DNA of 64,000 bases from Candidatus Bipolaricaulota bacterium (GCA_035528115.1 DATKZF010000003.1:227795-291794), one strand, 5' to 3'; shown: positions 10,349 through 21,521, counted from the stretch's first letter. Notes: a model not told the origin generated them from the letters alone. Program-made: numbers and translations.

Positions 10349-11011
10349 TTACCTTTTAATTTCTTTTGATGATTTATCAAACTTTTCTCCGCGGAATATC
10401 CAAACTTTAACGCCGATAACGCCGTAGGTCGTATGAGCTTCCTCAAGCGCGTAATCGATATCCGCTCGAATTGTGTGCAACGGCAATTTGCCTAACACCA
10501 CCTTTTCGGTTCTGGCGATTTCCGCTCCGTTCAACCTGCCGGATACGATGATTTTCGCGCCCTTGGCTCCGGCCCGGTCGGTCTTTGACAACCCCTGCTT
10601 AATCGCTCGACGGAACGGGATTCTTCTTTCAATATCAAAGGCTATGCTTTGAGCTATCAAACAGGCATTCAAATTCGGCTGATTCACTTCCTTAATGATA
10701 ATATTGATATTATCCTTTTCTTCAAAAAATCTTTTTTTCACGTCTTTTTTCAAATCTTCGATCCCCGCACCGCCCTTGCCGATAATTGTTCCCGGTCTGG
10801 CGGAAAACAAATAAATCTTTATCTCATTAGCCGATCTTTCAATCTCAATTCCAGCCAAAAACGATTCTCGAAGCTTTTTTCTCAAATACGATTTCACTTG
10901 GGTGTCTTGTTTCAGGAATTTTCGAAAATCATTGCCATTGGCAAACCAGCGAGAAGTCCAAGTCTTCACTTTATTGATCCGAAATATAATTGGATTTATC
11001 TTCTTTCCCAT
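10349..11011 (-). CDS. rpsC: 30S ribosomal protein S3
   Basis: [30 protein letters not shown]. Confidence 0.97.
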   Translation of the reverse strand: MGKKINPIIFRINKVKTWTSRWFANGNDFRKFLKQDTQVKSYLRKKLRESFLAGIEIERSANEIKIYLFSARPGTIIGKGGAGIEDLKKDVKKRFFEEKDNINIIIKEVNQPNLNACLIAQSIAFDIERRIPFRRAIKQGLSKTDRAGAKGAKIIVSGRLNGAEIARTEKVVLGKLPLHTIRADIDYALEEAHTTYGVIGVKVWIFRGEKFDKSSKEIKR

Positions 11012-11014
11012 ATA

Positions 11015-11608
11015 TTATGTGCCTGATTTTCGATTAAATATTTTCTTTAAAAATCCCTTATCCTTCCTTGATCTTTTATCTTCATGTTGCTGATTGCGTC
11101 TTTTGCCCTTGCTTCTCACGTCAAATATTTCCTTGGATTCTTCCGGGTCATCGATTGCTTTCGCGGATTCAACGTTAATCTGTTTGGCCGGGATATCCGA
11201 TTTCACCTGCTTTGGAGACACCTCAGACAACGCTTTCTCTTTTGCCTTTTTAACCTCAGGATTTTTCAAACTTTCCACCTTTTCAGCCAAAATCACGGAG
11301 ATGTGACTTGTTCTTTTCATTATCGGGGTGGCGCGACCGAACGCTCGAGGTCTCCATCTTTTCGCCGTCGGCCCTTCATCCACTTTGATTTCTTTAATAA
11401 ATAAATTATTTTTATCCAACTCAAAATTGTGTTCGGCGTTAGCTACAGCAGATTCCAATAACTTTTTTACCGGCATCGTCGCCGCTTTTTGCACAAATCG
11501 CAATTGCAACAAAGCCTCGGAGACATCCAAACCTCGCACCAAATTAACCACCAGTCTGGTTTTTCGTGGAGCTATTTTAATGAAATTTGCTTGTGCTTTC
11601 ACTTCCAT
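11015..11608 (-). CDS. rplV: 50S ribosomal protein L22 with about 85-aa C-terminal extension
   Basis: [24 protein letters not shown] followed by long charged tail. Confidence 0.95.
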   Translation of the reverse strand: MEVKAQANFIKIAPRKTRLVVNLVRGLDVSEALLQLRFVQKAATMPVKKLLESAVANAEHNFELDKNNLFIKEIKVDEGPTAKRWRPRAFGRATPIMKRTSHISVILAEKVESLKNPEVKKAKEKALSEVSPKQVKSDIPAKQINVESAKAIDDPEESKEIFDVRSKGKRRNQQHEDKRSRKDKGFLKKIFNRKSGT

Positions 11609-11621
11609 ATATTTTTATTGA

Positions 11622-11909
11622 TTATTTCCCGGTTTTTGCCTGTTCTTTGGCCATTCTGCCTCCATGACCCGGAAATTTTCTGGTTTGGGAAAATTCACCC
11701 AATTTATGGCCGACCATATCTTCGCTCACCGCCACTTCCACATGATCTCGTCCATTGTGCACTCCGAATTTAAAACCCACCATCTCAGGGGTAATCGTAG
11801 AGGCTCTGGCCCATGTTTTGATAACTTTATTGTCTTCCGGCTTTAGCTTCGAGACTTTTATCATGAGCTTTTCGTCTATATATGGTCCTTTTTTAAGACT
11901 TCTTGCCAT
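11622..11909 (-). CDS. rpsS: 30S ribosomal protein S19
   Basis: [18 protein letters not shown]. Confidence 0.97.
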   Translation of the reverse strand: MARSLKKGPYIDEKLMIKVSKLKPEDNKVIKTWARASTITPEMVGFKFGVHNGRDHVEVAVSEDMVGHKLGEFSQTRKFPGHGGRMAKEQAKTGK

Positions 11910-11939
11910 ATGGCTTATTACAATCTGTTAATGATAAAC

Positions 11940-12782
11940 TTATTTCTTTCTCTTCTTGCGCCTTCTAAGTATCAAACGATCCGAAATATTCTTTTTCTTC
12001 CTGGTCTTAACGCCAAGAGCGGGCTTGCCCCACGGGGTCTTCGGATGCTTCAACCCGATCGGATTATGACCCTCGCCGCCGCCATGAGGATGATCCACGG
12101 GATTCATCGCTTTGCCTCTGACCGTCGGCTTGATGCCCATATGCCTCTTGCGACCAGCTTTGCCGATCTTGATATGCATGATATCGGGATTGCTGACCTG
12201 TCCTATAGTCGCCATACATTCTTTCGGCACCAATCTGACTTCTCCGGAAGGCAATCTAAGCTGAGCGTATTTCCCTTCAATAGCCATCAGCTTCGCGCTT
12301 TCTCCTGCCGCGCGAACCAAAGCGCCGCCGTGTCCCGGAACCAATTCTATATTATATACAAACAAACCAGCGGGTATTTTTTCAAGCGGCATGGCATTAC
12401 CCGACTTGATTTCAGCGATTTTTTTTGAAGAGATTATTTTAACGCCCGTTTTTAACTCGGTAGGAGCAATGATGTATCTTTTTTCTCCGTCAGGATACAC
12501 AATCAAAGCTATACGCGCGTTTCGGTTCGGATCATATTCTATCTCCCGCACATCTCCCTCTATATCAAATTTATCTCTTTTAAAATCTATTTGTCGGTAA
12601 AACCTTTTGTGACCGCCGCCTCGATGCCTAACCGTAATTCTGCCATACATGCCGCGACCCGCCTTTTTCTTGGTAATCGTCAACAATGATTTTTCGGATT
12701 TTCCGGTCGTGACATCAGCAAAATCATCCAATGTGAATTGGCGTCTGCCCGGGGTTGTTGGTTTTACTTTCTTTATTCCCAT
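11940..12782 (-). CDS. rplB: 50S ribosomal protein L2
   Basis: [22 protein letters not shown]. Confidence 0.98.
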   Translation of the reverse strand: MGIKKVKPTTPGRRQFTLDDFADVTTGKSEKSLLTITKKKAGRGMYGRITVRHRGGGHKRFYRQIDFKRDKFDIEGDVREIEYDPNRNARIALIVYPDGEKRYIIAPTELKTGVKIISSKKIAEIKSGNAMPLEKIPAGLFVYNIELVPGHGGALVRAAGESAKLMAIEGKYAQLRLPSGEVRLVPKECMATIGQVSNPDIMHIKIGKAGRKRHMGIKPTVRGKAMNPVDHPHGGGEGHNPIGLKHPKTPWGKPALGVKTRKKKNISDRLILRRRKKRKK

Positions 12783-12784
12783 AT

Positions 12785-13210
12785 TTAAACTCCTTCGTAA
12801 ATTTCAATTTTATCGCCCGCGCTCAAAACCACAATGGCTTTCTTCCATGATTTTTTTCTGCCTTGACTTCTGCCATATCTGACTTTTTTGCCCGCAAAAT
12901 TAGCGGTTTGCACCTTAACCGGCTTCACGCCGTAAACATGTTCTATTTTAGTGGCGATTTGCGCTTTATTGGCGCTCGTTGGCACGATGAAAAGATATTG
13001 ATTCTTGGCTCCCAATTCCGTGGCCTTTTCAGTGATTAAAGGCTTTAACAAGCATCTGTACGCTTCAGAATCCATCTTCTTTGATATATTTTTAGATTTT
13101 TTGCCGATTGATTTGGCGACAACAACATCATTGGACGCTCCGTCTTTAGCGTCTTTTGTTTTTTCCGTTACTTTCTTTTCGCCTTTTAATTTTTTTAGTA
13201 AACCGGCCAT
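12785..13210 (-). CDS. rplW: 50S ribosomal protein L23 with N-terminal extension
   Basis: PLITEKA, ANK.QI, WKKAIV core after about 45-aa Lys-rich leader. Confidence 0.93.
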   Translation of the reverse strand: MAGLLKKLKGEKKVTEKTKDAKDGASNDVVVAKSIGKKSKNISKKMDSEAYRCLLKPLITEKATELGAKNQYLFIVPTSANKAQIATKIEHVYGVKPVKVQTANFAGKKVRYGRSQGRKKSWKKAIVVLSAGDKIEIYEGV

Positions 13211-13215
13211 ATTAA

Positions 13216-13881
13216 TTATTTATCGCTATTATTGTCAACGTCAGCTTTTGTTTCTTTGACAAACGTCTCAACAATGGCGCTGACGGAATCCGCGGTCATT
13301 AATAAATTTTTATATTTCAATAAATCGTACACATTGAGACTGTCCGCCCTCACCACTAAAGTCTTCGGAATATTATGGAATGCTCTGATCACGAGCTGAT
13401 CGGTTTTTTCGATAACCACCAGCACGCTCTTGCTTAATTCCAAATTCTTCATGACCTCTGCCGCCTGCTTTGTTTTCGCGGCCTCAAAATCCAATCTATC
13501 CACCAGCTTCATAACGCCGCTTTCAAATCGATCCGTTAAAACCATGGCAATCGCTTTGCGTCGCACTTTCTTGTTTATTTTCTTTTCAAAATTGCGATCT
13601 CTGCTCGGACCGAAAGTCACTCCACCGCCGATCCAAATCGGTGATCTGTTGGAACCGTGTCTGGCGCGGCCGGTGCCTTTTTGCTTCCAAGGCTTTCTGC
13701 CTCCGCCGCGAACTTCAGCTTTGGTCTTGGCATGAGCCAAAACCTGACGGCCATTGCATCTTTGCGCGACCAACGCTTGATTGATCACTTCCGTCTTCGG
13801 TTCTATTCCAAAAATGGATTTTGGCAAATCAATGGTTTTGACTTCTTGTCCGGCTTTATTGTAAACCTTGGCTTTTAACAT
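13216..13881 (-). CDS. rplD: 50S ribosomal protein L4
   Basis: GGGRKPWKQKGTGRARHGS. Confidence 0.97.
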   Translation of the reverse strand: MLKAKVYNKAGQEVKTIDLPKSIFGIEPKTEVINQALVAQRCNGRQVLAHAKTKAEVRGGGRKPWKQKGTGRARHGSNRSPIWIGGGVTFGPSRDRNFEKKINKKVRRKAIAMVLTDRFESGVMKLVDRLDFEAAKTKQAAEVMKNLELSKSVLVVIEKTDQLVIRAFHNIPKTLVVRADSLNVYDLLKYKNLLMTADSVSAIVETFVKETKADVDNNSDK

Positions 13882-13883
13882 AA

Positions 13884-14663
13884 TTATTTTTCTTCATTGG
13901 ACTTAGTTTGCGTGGGTTGCTCAGCTGCCGGCTCATTGGCGACAGCGTCATTTCCAACGCTCTCGTTCGCCGGAGCGACCCCTTCATCAGCCGGAGCTTC
14001 GATTGGTTGTTCCTCAACCTTTTTTTCTTCAACTATTTTAAATTCTTGCTCATTGCTTAAAATGACCAGGCCATTTCTGGCTCCCGGCACGGATCCTTTT
14101 ACAAATAATTCGTTTTTGTCCGCGTCAACGACTACAATCTGAACTCCGGCCAAACTGACCTGATCGTCACCCATATGGCCTCCCATTCTTGTTCCTTTGA
14201 AAACATGCGCCGGTCCGCCCGCACCGATAGATCCCGGCATTCTTAATTGATCTTTATGGCCGTGAGTCGCAGGTGATCCGCTAAAGCCGTGTCTTTTGAC
14301 AACGCCTTGAAACCCTTTGCCCCTTGACACGCCGGTCATCCTTACCTTATCTCCTTTTTCAAAAATCGCGGCCTTGATTTCTTGGCCGACTTTAATATTA
14401 TCCAAAATATTGTCATTTCCCATGACTCTAAATTCTTTCCTGAATTGATAAAAATTGGCCGAGCCAACACCTTTTAACAAATTGCTTTTCTTCCCTTTTT
14501 TCTTAGGTAAAAAAACCACCTGCACGGCTTTGTAGCCTTCTTTTTCCAGATTTTTGATGGCGGAAATATAACACGGGCCAGCTTGGATTCTGGTTACCGG
14601 CACTACCTTGCCATCTTCATAAACCTGAGTCATTTCTTTTTTTTGTCCTAAGATAAACTTCAT
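13884..14663 (-). CDS. rplC: 50S ribosomal protein L3 (acidic C-terminal tail)
   Basis: Start MKFILGQK at 14663; GKGFQGVVKRHGF, KGSVPG. Confidence 0.96.
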   Translation of the reverse strand: MKFILGQKKEMTQVYEDGKVVPVTRIQAGPCYISAIKNLEKEGYKAVQVVFLPKKKGKKSNLLKGVGSANFYQFRKEFRVMGNDNILDNIKVGQEIKAAIFEKGDKVRMTGVSRGKGFQGVVKRHGFSGSPATHGHKDQLRMPGSIGAGGPAHVFKGTRMGGHMGDDQVSLAGVQIVVVDADKNELFVKGSVPGARNGLVILSNEQEFKIVEEKKVEEQPIEAPADEGVAPANESVGNDAVANEPAAEQPTQTKSNEEK

Positions 14664-14667
14664 ATTT

Positions 14668-14762
14668 ATAAAAAACACCGGACATAAAGTCCGGGTCATA
14701 AACTGACGTCGACTTTAGTCTGTAAATTGTACTTAACCCGATTATTAATTCTCCATCAGTAA
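14668..14762 (-). promoter_or_regulatory. Putative structured leader/attenuator between rpsJ and rplC
   Basis: Minus strand: ACTGATG...CGTCAGT stem enclosing GACT-AA-AGTC, then CCGGAC-TTTAT-GTCCGG-TGTTTTTT terminator-like hairpin just before the rplC ATG. Confidence 0.5.
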
Positions 14763-14826
14763 AATTCTCTTCTCGATACTTCGCGATCGTTCGCGGTTAT
14801 CGTGAAAAAAACAGAACCGATATGTT

Positions 14827-15156
14827 TTACATTTTGATCTCAACATCCACGCCCGCGGGCAAATTCAAGCTCATCAAGGCGTCCACTGTCTGCGGAGTCG
14901 GATTTAAAATATCAATCAATCGCTTATGCACTCTCATCTCGTATTGATCTCTGGCATCCTTATGAACAAAAGTTGATCTATTAACCGTGTACTTCTTCAT
15001 TTCAACCGGCAAAGGAACAGGGCCACAAATAGTGGCTCCTGTTCTTTCTCCGGCTTCCATTATAGTTTTGGTTGCTTGATCAATAATTTTATGGTCGTAT
15101 GCCTTTATCTTGATACGAATTCTAGAAGCGCTTTTCTCTTTTTCTTTCACTGCCAT
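14827..15156 (-). CDS. rpsJ: 30S ribosomal protein S10
   Basis: [33 protein letters not shown]. Confidence 0.97.
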   Translation of the reverse strand: MAVKEKEKSASRIRIKIKAYDHKIIDQATKTIMEAGERTGATICGPVPLPVEMKKYTVNRSTFVHKDARDQYEMRVHKRLIDILNPTPQTVDALMSLNLPAGVDVEIKM

Positions 15157-15159
15157 AAA

Positions 15160-16350
15160 TTATTTAATGATTTTGGTCACCACGCCGGCGCCAATGGTTT
15201 TGCCACCTTCTCTGATAGCGAATCTTTGCTGTTCTTCAAGCGCAACAGGTACGATTAATTTAACATTGAAGGTAACGGTATCTCCGGGCATAACCATTTC
15301 AGTGCCCTCGGCCAAAGTCACTTCTCCGGTAACATCAGTGGTTCTGATATAAAACTGAGGCTTATATCCCTTGAAAAACGGTTTGTGTCTGCCTCCTTCA
15401 TCTTTACTCAAGATATAAACTTCTCCGTCAAATTCAGTATGCGGGGTAACAGTACCGGGCTTGGCCAAAACTTGGCCCCTTTCAACATCTTCTTTCTTAA
15501 TGCCTCGAAGCAAGATGCCCGCGTTGTCTCCGGCTCTGCCCTCATCCAATGTTTTTTTGAACATTTCAACTCCGGTAACGACGCTTTTTTGCGTGGGTTT
15601 CATACCGACGATTTCGATTTCCTCGTTAACTTTAACAATGCCTCTTTCGATTTTACCCGTAACTACCGTTCCTCGGCCTTCAATGGTAAAAATGTCTTCA
15701 ATAGGCATCAAAAAGGGTTTATCGATATCTCTTTCCGGCACCGGAATATATTCATCTAAGGCCTTAATCAATTCAAGAATCGGCTTAATAGCTTCCTCGT
15801 CTGTTGGATTTTCCAAAGCCTTTAAAGCCGAGCCTCGGATAATCGGAGTTTCATCTCCGGGAAATTCATATTTTTTCAATAAATCTCTAACTTCTTCTTC
15901 CACCAAATCAATCAATTCTTTTTCCTCAACCATATCGCATTTATTCAAAAATACGATAATGTAAGGCACGCCCACCTGCCTGGCGAGCAAAATGTGCTCT
16001 CGAGTCTGAGGCATCGGGCCGTCCGTGGCCGAAACAACCAAAATCGCGCCATCCATCTGAGCCGCGCCGGTAATCATGTTTTTGACATAATCGGCGTGTC
16101 CCGGACAATCAACGTGAGCATAGTGTCTCTTATCCGACTCATACTCAACGTGAGCGGTGGCGATAGTAATACCTCTGGCTTTTTCTTCCGGCGCTTTGTC
16201 GATTTGATCAACGTTCAACTCTTCCGCGTTCATGCCTTTAGCATGCAATACTTTCAAAATAGCCGCGGTTAATGTGGTCTTACCATGATCAACGTGGCCG
16301 ATGGTGCCCACGTTGACATGTGGTTTTGATCTATCAAATGTTACTGCCAT
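15160..16350 (-). CDS. tuf: Elongation factor Tu
   Basis: [28 protein letters not shown]. Confidence 0.99.
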   Translation of the reverse strand: MAVTFDRSKPHVNVGTIGHVDHGKTTLTAAILKVLHAKGMNAEELNVDQIDKAPEEKARGITIATAHVEYESDKRHYAHVDCPGHADYVKNMITGAAQMDGAILVVSATDGPMPQTREHILLARQVGVPYIIVFLNKCDMVEEKELIDLVEEEVRDLLKKYEFPGDETPIIRGSALKALENPTDEEAIKPILELIKALDEYIPVPERDIDKPFLMPIEDIFTIEGRGTVVTGKIERGIVKVNEEIEIVGMKPTQKSVVTGVEMFKKTLDEGRAGDNAGILLRGIKKEDVERGQVLAKPGTVTPHTEFDGEVYILSKDEGGRHKPFFKGYKPQFYIRTTDVTGEVTLAEGTEMVMPGDTVTFNVKLIVPVALEEQQRFAIREGGKTIGAGVVTKIIK

Positions 16351-16470
16351 GTGTTTATACTCTCCTTAAAGCGACACCTTTAAAAGGTTTGTGATCCAGC
16401 CGCTTTTTTACTTAATTATAATTAATAAAAGTATAAAAATTATACCTTAAACTTAAAAATATTGCAAGTT

Positions 16471-16785
16471 TTACGATTCCAGCGGCTCAAGGTAGAATTT
16501 TTCCTCGTTTTCTTCCTGATTTTCCGCGAAATCCGATATTTCTTCGTCTCCCGTCCAGTTATCACGCAAATCATCCTGTCCGACTTTCCATAACGCAATA
16601 TCACGATTCATTCTATCCAATAATTCTTCCTGTGTCAAATCACGAATACCCGTATTTTCGCCAAGAATTCGCTGATATTCGCCGAGTGGCATGATCATCA
16701 AATTATTGCCGCTTTGAGCATCATAATATATGCATTTATCGCCCGTTTCCTGAATAAATTTAATGATTTTCTCTAAATTACGCAT
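16471..16785 (-). CDS. Hypothetical protein between fusA and tuf
   Basis: 104-aa ORF, co-directional, acidic C-terminus ending FYLEPLES. Confidence 0.7.
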   Translation of the reverse strand: MRNLEKIIKFIQETGDKCIYYDAQSGNNLMIMPLGEYQRILGENTGIRDLTQEELLDRMNRDIALWKVGQDDLRDNWTGDEEISDFAENQEENEEKFYLEPLES

Positions 16786-16825
16786 AATATTTGATTAATT
16801 ATCCAAAACAACACTGACTTTTCCA

Positions 16826-18904
16826 TTATTTCTGCTTTTCTCCAATAATTTTATCTAAAACATTCTTCGGGACTTCGGCATAATGGGAAAATTCCATGGA
16901 ATAACTGGCTCTTCCTTGCGTAATAGATCTAAGCTCTGTGGCGTAACCGAACATTTCCGCCAATGGCACCGCAGCGCTAACCACCTTGATATTGGCCCTG
17001 TCTTTCATTTCATTTATTTGAGCTCTTTTGGAATTCAAGTCGCCCACCACATCTCCCATGAATTGTTCAGGCATCACTACCTCGACTTTCATGACCGGCT
17101 CAAGCAAAACCAAACCGGCTCTTTTTACCGCTTCCTGAAAAGCCATGGAGCCGGCAATCTTAAACGCCGCTTCGGACGAATCGACTTCATGAAAGGAACC
17201 GTCATAACAAGCGGTTCTGATATCGATCATCGGATAACCGGCTAAAACACCCCGGCCCATCGCTTCTTTAACTCCTTTGCCGATGGCGGGAATATATTCT
17301 CGGGGAATAACGCCTCCTTTAATTTCATCTTTGTATTCAAAACCTTGTCCGCGCTCCAATGGCTCGACTCTAAGCCAGCAATGTCCGTATTGACCGCGGC
17401 CTCCGGATTGTCTGACATATTTGCCTTCGGCTTCCGCGGTCTTTTTAATGGTTTCCTTGTAAGCGACCTGCGGCTGACCGATATTGGCCTCAACTTTGAA
17501 TTCTCTCTTCATTCGATCGACCAATATTTCCAAATGCAATTCTCCCATGCCTGAAATGATGGTCTGCAAAGTATCTTCATCCGTATGAACCTTAAATGTC
17601 GGATCTTCTTCCGCCAATTTCTGCAAAGCAACGCCCATCTTTTCTTGATCGGATTTCGTTTTCGGCTCGATGGCCACTGAAATAACCGGCTCGGGAAAAA
17701 CAATCGTTTCCAAAATGATCGGTCTTGATTCATCGCAAAGAGTATGGCCGGTAAAAGTATTTTTCAAACCGATGGCCGCGGCAATATCTCCGGAATAAAC
17801 CTCTTCAATGTCTTCACGATGATTGGCGTGCATTCTGACAATGCGGCCGATGCGCTCTCGCGCTCCGGTAGTGGTATTCAATACGTACGAACCGCTTTTT
17901 AATATGCCGGAATAAACTCTGATAAAGCATAATTTTCCGACAAACGGATCCGTGGCGATTTTAAATGCCAAAGCCGCGAACGGCGCTTCATCGGACGGCG
18001 CGATCGCCACTTCCTTTTCAGGATCTTTCGCGTCCAAACCGTTAATCGCCGGCACTTCCAGCGGATTGGGCAAATACGCGACCACCGCGTCCAAAAGCAA
18101 TTGCACGCCCTTATTTTTCAAAGCGCTGCCCACCAAAACCGGGACAATTTTATTATCTATGGTCGCTTTTCTCAATACTATCTTCAAATCCGCGGTGTCT
18201 ATTTCGGAACCGCTGAGATATTTGTCCATTAACGCTTCGTCATTTTCAACAATCGCCTCAATTAATTTATTTTTCGCTTCTTTTGTTTTCTCTTTCATGT
18301 CATCCGGGATTTCCACTTCTTGTACATCAACACCCATATCATCATTGTATACGTAAGCTTTCATTTCCATGAGATCTATAACGCCCTTAAATGTCTCGGC
18401 CGCGCCGATCGGCAATTGGATCGGAAAAGCGTTTTTCGTCAATCGTTCGTGAATTGATCTGACATCAGCTTCAAAATCAGCGCCCATTCTGTCCATTTTA
18501 TTGATGAACGCCAATCTGGGCACATTATATTTATCAGCTTGATGCCAAACGGTTTCCGATTGCGGCTCCACACCGGCCACGCCGTCGAAGACCACAACCC
18601 CGCCGTCCAAAACGCGCAAGGAACGTTCCACCTCCGCGGTAAAATCGACGTGTCCGGGAGTATCGATAATATTTATTCGGCAATCTTTCCAAAAACAAGT
18701 GGTGGCCGCCGAAGTGATGGTAATGCCTCTTTCTCTTTCCTGTTCCATCCAATCCATTTCGGCCGCGCCTTCATGAACCTCTCCGATTTTATGTTTTTTC
18801 CCCGTGTAAAATAAAATACGCTCGGAAACTGTGGTTTTCCCAGCATCAATATGAGCGATAATCCCAATATTTCTGGTTTTTTCCAATGTATATTCTCTGG
18901 GCAT
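16826..18904 (-). CDS. fusA: Elongation factor G
   Basis: [36 protein letters not shown]. Confidence 0.99.
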   Translation of the reverse strand: MPREYTLEKTRNIGIIAHIDAGKTTVSERILFYTGKKHKIGEVHEGAAEMDWMEQERERGITITSAATTCFWKDCRINIIDTPGHVDFTAEVERSLRVLDGGVVVFDGVAGVEPQSETVWHQADKYNVPRLAFINKMDRMGADFEADVRSIHERLTKNAFPIQLPIGAAETFKGVIDLMEMKAYVYNDDMGVDVQEVEIPDDMKEKTKEAKNKLIEAIVENDEALMDKYLSGSEIDTADLKIVLRKATIDNKIVPVLVGSALKNKGVQLLLDAVVAYLPNPLEVPAINGLDAKDPEKEVAIAPSDEAPFAALAFKIATDPFVGKLCFIRVYSGILKSGSYVLNTTTGARERIGRIVRMHANHREDIEEVYSGDIAAAIGLKNTFTGHTLCDESRPIILETIVFPEPVISVAIEPKTKSDQEKMGVALQKLAEEDPTFKVHTDEDTLQTIISGMGELHLEILVDRMKREFKVEANIGQPQVAYKETIKKTAEAEGKYVRQSGGRGQYGHCWLRVEPLERGQGFEYKDEIKGGVIPREYIPAIGKGVKEAMGRGVLAGYPMIDIRTACYDGSFHEVDSSEAAFKIAGSMAFQEAVKRAGLVLLEPVMKVEVVMPEQFMGDVVGDLNSKRAQINEMKDRANIKVVSAAVPLAEMFGYATELRSITQGRASYSMEFSHYAEVPKNVLDKIIGEKQK

Positions 18905-18946
18905 AATGCAATATCAAATATAAAAATTTAGAGCAGGTTTTATTTT

Positions 18947-19438
18947 TTATCTCGCGAAATGAGCAAAGGCTCTATTAGCCTCCGCCATTCTTTGAACGTC
19001 CATTTTTTTCTTGATGGCGTCTCCTTCATTTTTTAAAGCCGCCAAAAGCTCGTCAGCCAATCTGTCGGCCATGGGTCTGCCTTTTTTATTTCTCGCGGAT
19101 TCAATAATCCATCTGAAAGCCAAAGCATAACGCCTCTCTCCTCTGACCGGATATGGCACTTGATAATTTCCGCCGCCGATTCTTTTGCCTCGGACTTCAA
19201 CCTGCGGCATAATATTTTTTATGGCCATGTCGAAAACATCCAATGAATTTTTCTGCGCGGCATCGACTTGACCCTTTTTGATTTTTTCTTCGATTATATC
19301 AAAACTTTTATAAACGACCTGCTCGGCCGTGGATTTTTTTCCGTCGCTCATGATGTAATTTATAAACTTGCCCACGACAGGACTGCCGTGCTTTACATCG
19401 GATTTGATTTTCCTTTTTGGTGCTCGTTTACCTCTCAT
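18947..19438 (-). CDS. rpsG: 30S ribosomal protein S7
   Basis: GKKSTAE, RIGGGNYQVP, MAEANRAFAHF. Confidence 0.97.
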   Translation of the reverse strand: MRGKRAPKRKIKSDVKHGSPVVGKFINYIMSDGKKSTAEQVVYKSFDIIEEKIKKGQVDAAQKNSLDVFDMAIKNIMPQVEVRGKRIGGGNYQVPYPVRGERRYALAFRWIIESARNKKGRPMADRLADELLAALKNEGDAIKKKMDVQRMAEANRAFAHFAR

Positions 19439-19473
19439 AAAATATCGCCCTGCTATTAGTTATTCAAATTGGA

Positions 19474-19893
19474 TTATTTGACCATTTTCGCCCCATATTT
19501 CGAGCGACTCTGCTTTCTGCCTTCAACGCCTCCGGAATCGTAAACACCGCGCAAAATATGATACCTGACGCCCGGAAGATCTTTTACTCTGCCGCCTCGA
19601 AGCAAGACGATCGAATGCTCCTGCAAATTGTGTTTTTCGCCCGGAATGTAAGCGGTGACTTCCATGCCGTTCGAAAGCCTGACACGAGCGATTTTTCGCA
19701 TGGCCGAGTTAGGTTTTTTCGGGGTCATGGTGGTCACTTTCAAGCATACGCCTCGTTTGAACGGCGCGCCTTTGGACAAAACAGTTCTTCTTCTTTTCAA
19801 GGTATTAAAAACAGTCAAAAGCGCCGGGGTTTTTGACTTTTGAAGTTTTGTCGGTCGTTTTTTCGATTTAACTAATTGACTGATTCTGGCCAT
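19474..19893 (-). CDS. rpsL: 30S ribosomal protein S12
   Basis: Start MARISQLV at 19893; [25 protein letters not shown]. Confidence 0.97.
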   Translation of the reverse strand: MARISQLVKSKKRPTKLQKSKTPALLTVFNTLKRRRTVLSKGAPFKRGVCLKVTTMTPKKPNSAMRKIARVRLSNGMEVTAYIPGEKHNLQEHSIVLLRGGRVKDLPGVRYHILRGVYDSGGVEGRKQSRSKYGAKMVK

Positions 19894-19897
19894 ATTT

Positions 19898-20020
19898 TTA
19901 TTACGTGATATACCTGCCTGCCGGTAGGCAGGCAAGATTTTTCTACAAGATATTACGAGATTATAAGATTCCTCATCTTGTGCCATCTTGTATTAATATC
20001 TCGTACATCTTGTAACTAAT
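19898..20020. repeat. TACAAGAT-type periodic inverted repeat in the rpsL leader
   Basis: tacaagatattacgagattataagat ... atcttgtgccatcttgtattaatatctcgtacatcttgtaa. Confidence 0.7.
19913..19932. mobile_element. 20-bp palindromic mini-element CCTGCCTGCCGGTAGGCAGG
   Basis: Near-identical copies at 21091 and 52044; removal restores ta|caagat repeat unit. Confidence 0.7.
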
Positions 20021-20072
20021 ACAGATAAAAAACAGAGTAATCAATTACCCTATAAAAATTATAACTAACAAG

Positions 20073-20101
20073 AATTTAGCACGCCATTAAATAATAGTCA
20101 A
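20073..20101 (-). promoter_or_regulatory. Sigma70 promoter of the str/S10/spc superoperon
   Basis: TTGACT-17 nt-TAAATT with extended TGn. Confidence 0.65.
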
Positions 20102-20250
20102 GGTTTTTATTGATTTTTAGACAAATTTCACGACGAGGAAACAATTTGAGAAAATAGCTTGTTTACGTCCGCATTTTTAGCTAATTTTAGACAAAATATT
20201 AGAAATCAAATCAAATTCAAACAAAGACAATCCCCACCTTATTCACATTA

Positions 20251-20892
20251 TTAAAAAAACACGCGATATACGCCTTCAATAATAAAAGTGAATAAACCGC
20301 TAAAAATATTAATGTCCAAAATAAAATCCAAAAAGATCAAGGCCATTAAGAGCAATGGGCCTTTTTGGCTCAGCAACAATTTAATATGATTATATTTGGG
20401 AGCGCGCAAAACAGAAAATAAAACCTTTGAACCGTCGAGCGGAGGAATGGGAATTAAATTGAAAACCATTAAAACGATATTTATAATTATCAGTAAATTC
20501 AAAAACTCGATCAGCAAATTCCCTTCGGGCAAAACATTATAAACGAGCAACAATTTCAAAATGGCGCCGGAAATCAAAATCAAGATCAAATTGGAGGCCG
20601 GCCCGGCTAACGAAATCAAGGCCTCTCCCCATCTTTTGTTTTTCAAATTATAAGGATTGAACGGCACCGGCTTGCCCCAACCAAAGCCGATAAAAAGCAG
20701 CAACAAAAAACCGATGCCGCTCAAATGAGCCAATGGATTGAGGGTCAATCGCCCGTTGGCTTTGGCCGTATTGTCGCCCTGCCAAGTTCCGGCCAAAGCA
20801 TGGCTGAATTCATGAATGGTGATGGCGATAATAATGGCTATGAGCCAAGCGAAAAACATCGCGGGTTGTTGAAATAATAATGAAATAATCAT
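20251..20892 (-). CDS. Site-2 protease (peptidase M50)
   Basis: HEFSH, AGPASN, FNLIPIPPLDGSK. Confidence 0.93.
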   Translation of the reverse strand: MIISLLFQQPAMFFAWLIAIIIAITIHEFSHALAGTWQGDNTAKANGRLTLNPLAHLSGIGFLLLLFIGFGWGKPVPFNPYNLKNKRWGEALISLAGPASNLILILISGAILKLLLVYNVLPEGNLLIEFLNLLIIINIVLMVFNLIPIPPLDGSKVLFSVLRAPKYNHIKLLLSQKGPLLLMALIFLDFILDINIFSGLFTFIIEGVYRVFF

Positions 20893-21045
20893 AACAAGTT
20901 ACGAATTATTACCGCTAATTAGCTTGCCTTGGCGTTATATTTGTTACGAATATCGGTAATGGATGATGAGAAATTAGAAACTGGAAATTGGGGTTGGAAG
21001 CTGGGAAACCGGGGATGGAGAAATCTATTCCGAAGAATTAGGAAA

Positions 21046-21123
21046 AGATCTCTCCGCTTCGTCATCCTTCGCCGCGGCTTCGGACGACTTCCTGCCTGCC
21101 GGCAGGCAGGCGGTCGAGATGAC
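21046..21123. repeat. Nested REP-like palindrome (AGATCTCTCC...CGGTCGAGATGAC) containing two smaller hairpin elements
   Basis: Inner gtcatccttcgccgcggcttcggacgac (21061-21088) and cctgcctgccggcaggcagg (21091-21110); the outer end matches gtcatctcgaccg near 51999. Confidence 0.65.
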
Positions 21124-21169
21124 AACAGCGTCGGCCTTGTTTCTCTATTTTTCTGTCTCATGTTCTTTT

Positions 21170-21237
21170 GTTTCATGCTTAATGATCCATGATACGTGTT
21201 ATGTGATACGTGCTATGTGTTCCGTGTTTCATGATCA
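21170..21237. repeat. 7-bp periodic tract (CATGATA/CGTGTTA family)
   Basis: catgctt aatgatc catgata cgtgtta tgtgata cgtgcta tgtgttc cgtgttt catgatc. Confidence 0.8.
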
Positions 21238-21241
21238 AGAC

Positions 21242-21270
21242 TTGATTTATTTTAACATACATGTTAAACT
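21242..21270 (+). promoter_or_regulatory. Sigma70 promoter for rpmB
   Basis: TTGATT-17 nt-TAAACT with TGn. Confidence 0.55.
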
Positions 21271-21308
21271 ATTTCCATAATTCAGTAATTAACTAACGTC
21301 ACTATAAT

Positions 21309-21482
21309 ATGAAATCTTGCGAAATTTGCGGCAAAGGGCCGAAAAAAATGATTAAAAGAAGCCATTCCATGCAAGCGACGAAAACCTGGCAATATCCCAA
21401 TTTGCAATCGAAAAAAATAGACGGTAAAAAAGTCACGCTTTGCACCAGCTGCTTGAGCAGGAGAGCCAAAAACGCCAAGTAA
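21309..21482 (+). CDS. rpmB: 50S ribosomal protein L28 (zinc-type; missed by ORF track)
   Basis: MKSCEICGKGPKKMIKRSHSMQATKTWQYPNLQSKKIDGKKVTLCTSCLSRRAKNAK. Confidence 0.92.
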   Translation: MKSCEICGKGPKKMIKRSHSMQATKTWQYPNLQSKKIDGKKVTLCTSCLSRRAKNAK

Positions 21483-21499
21483 AAATTTTAGAAAAACTT

Positions 21500-21521
21500 A
21501 AAGCCCGCAAGGGCTTTTTTT
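21500..21521 (+). terminator. Intrinsic terminator after rpmB
   Basis: AAAGCCC-GCAA-GGGCTTT followed by T-run. Confidence 0.8.

Noticed and set aside
14664-14699. Upstream ATG for rplC in the ORF track
   Set aside because: Falls within the terminator-like hairpin; MKFILG at 14663 matches L3 starts
19894-19986. N-terminal extension of S12 in the ORF track (…PAYRQAG…)
   Set aside because: Read-through of the repeat and palindrome; the conserved start is at 19893
20919-21192. ORFs 20919-21176 and 20929-21192
   Set aside because: Translations of nested repeats (PACRQAG), not credible proteins
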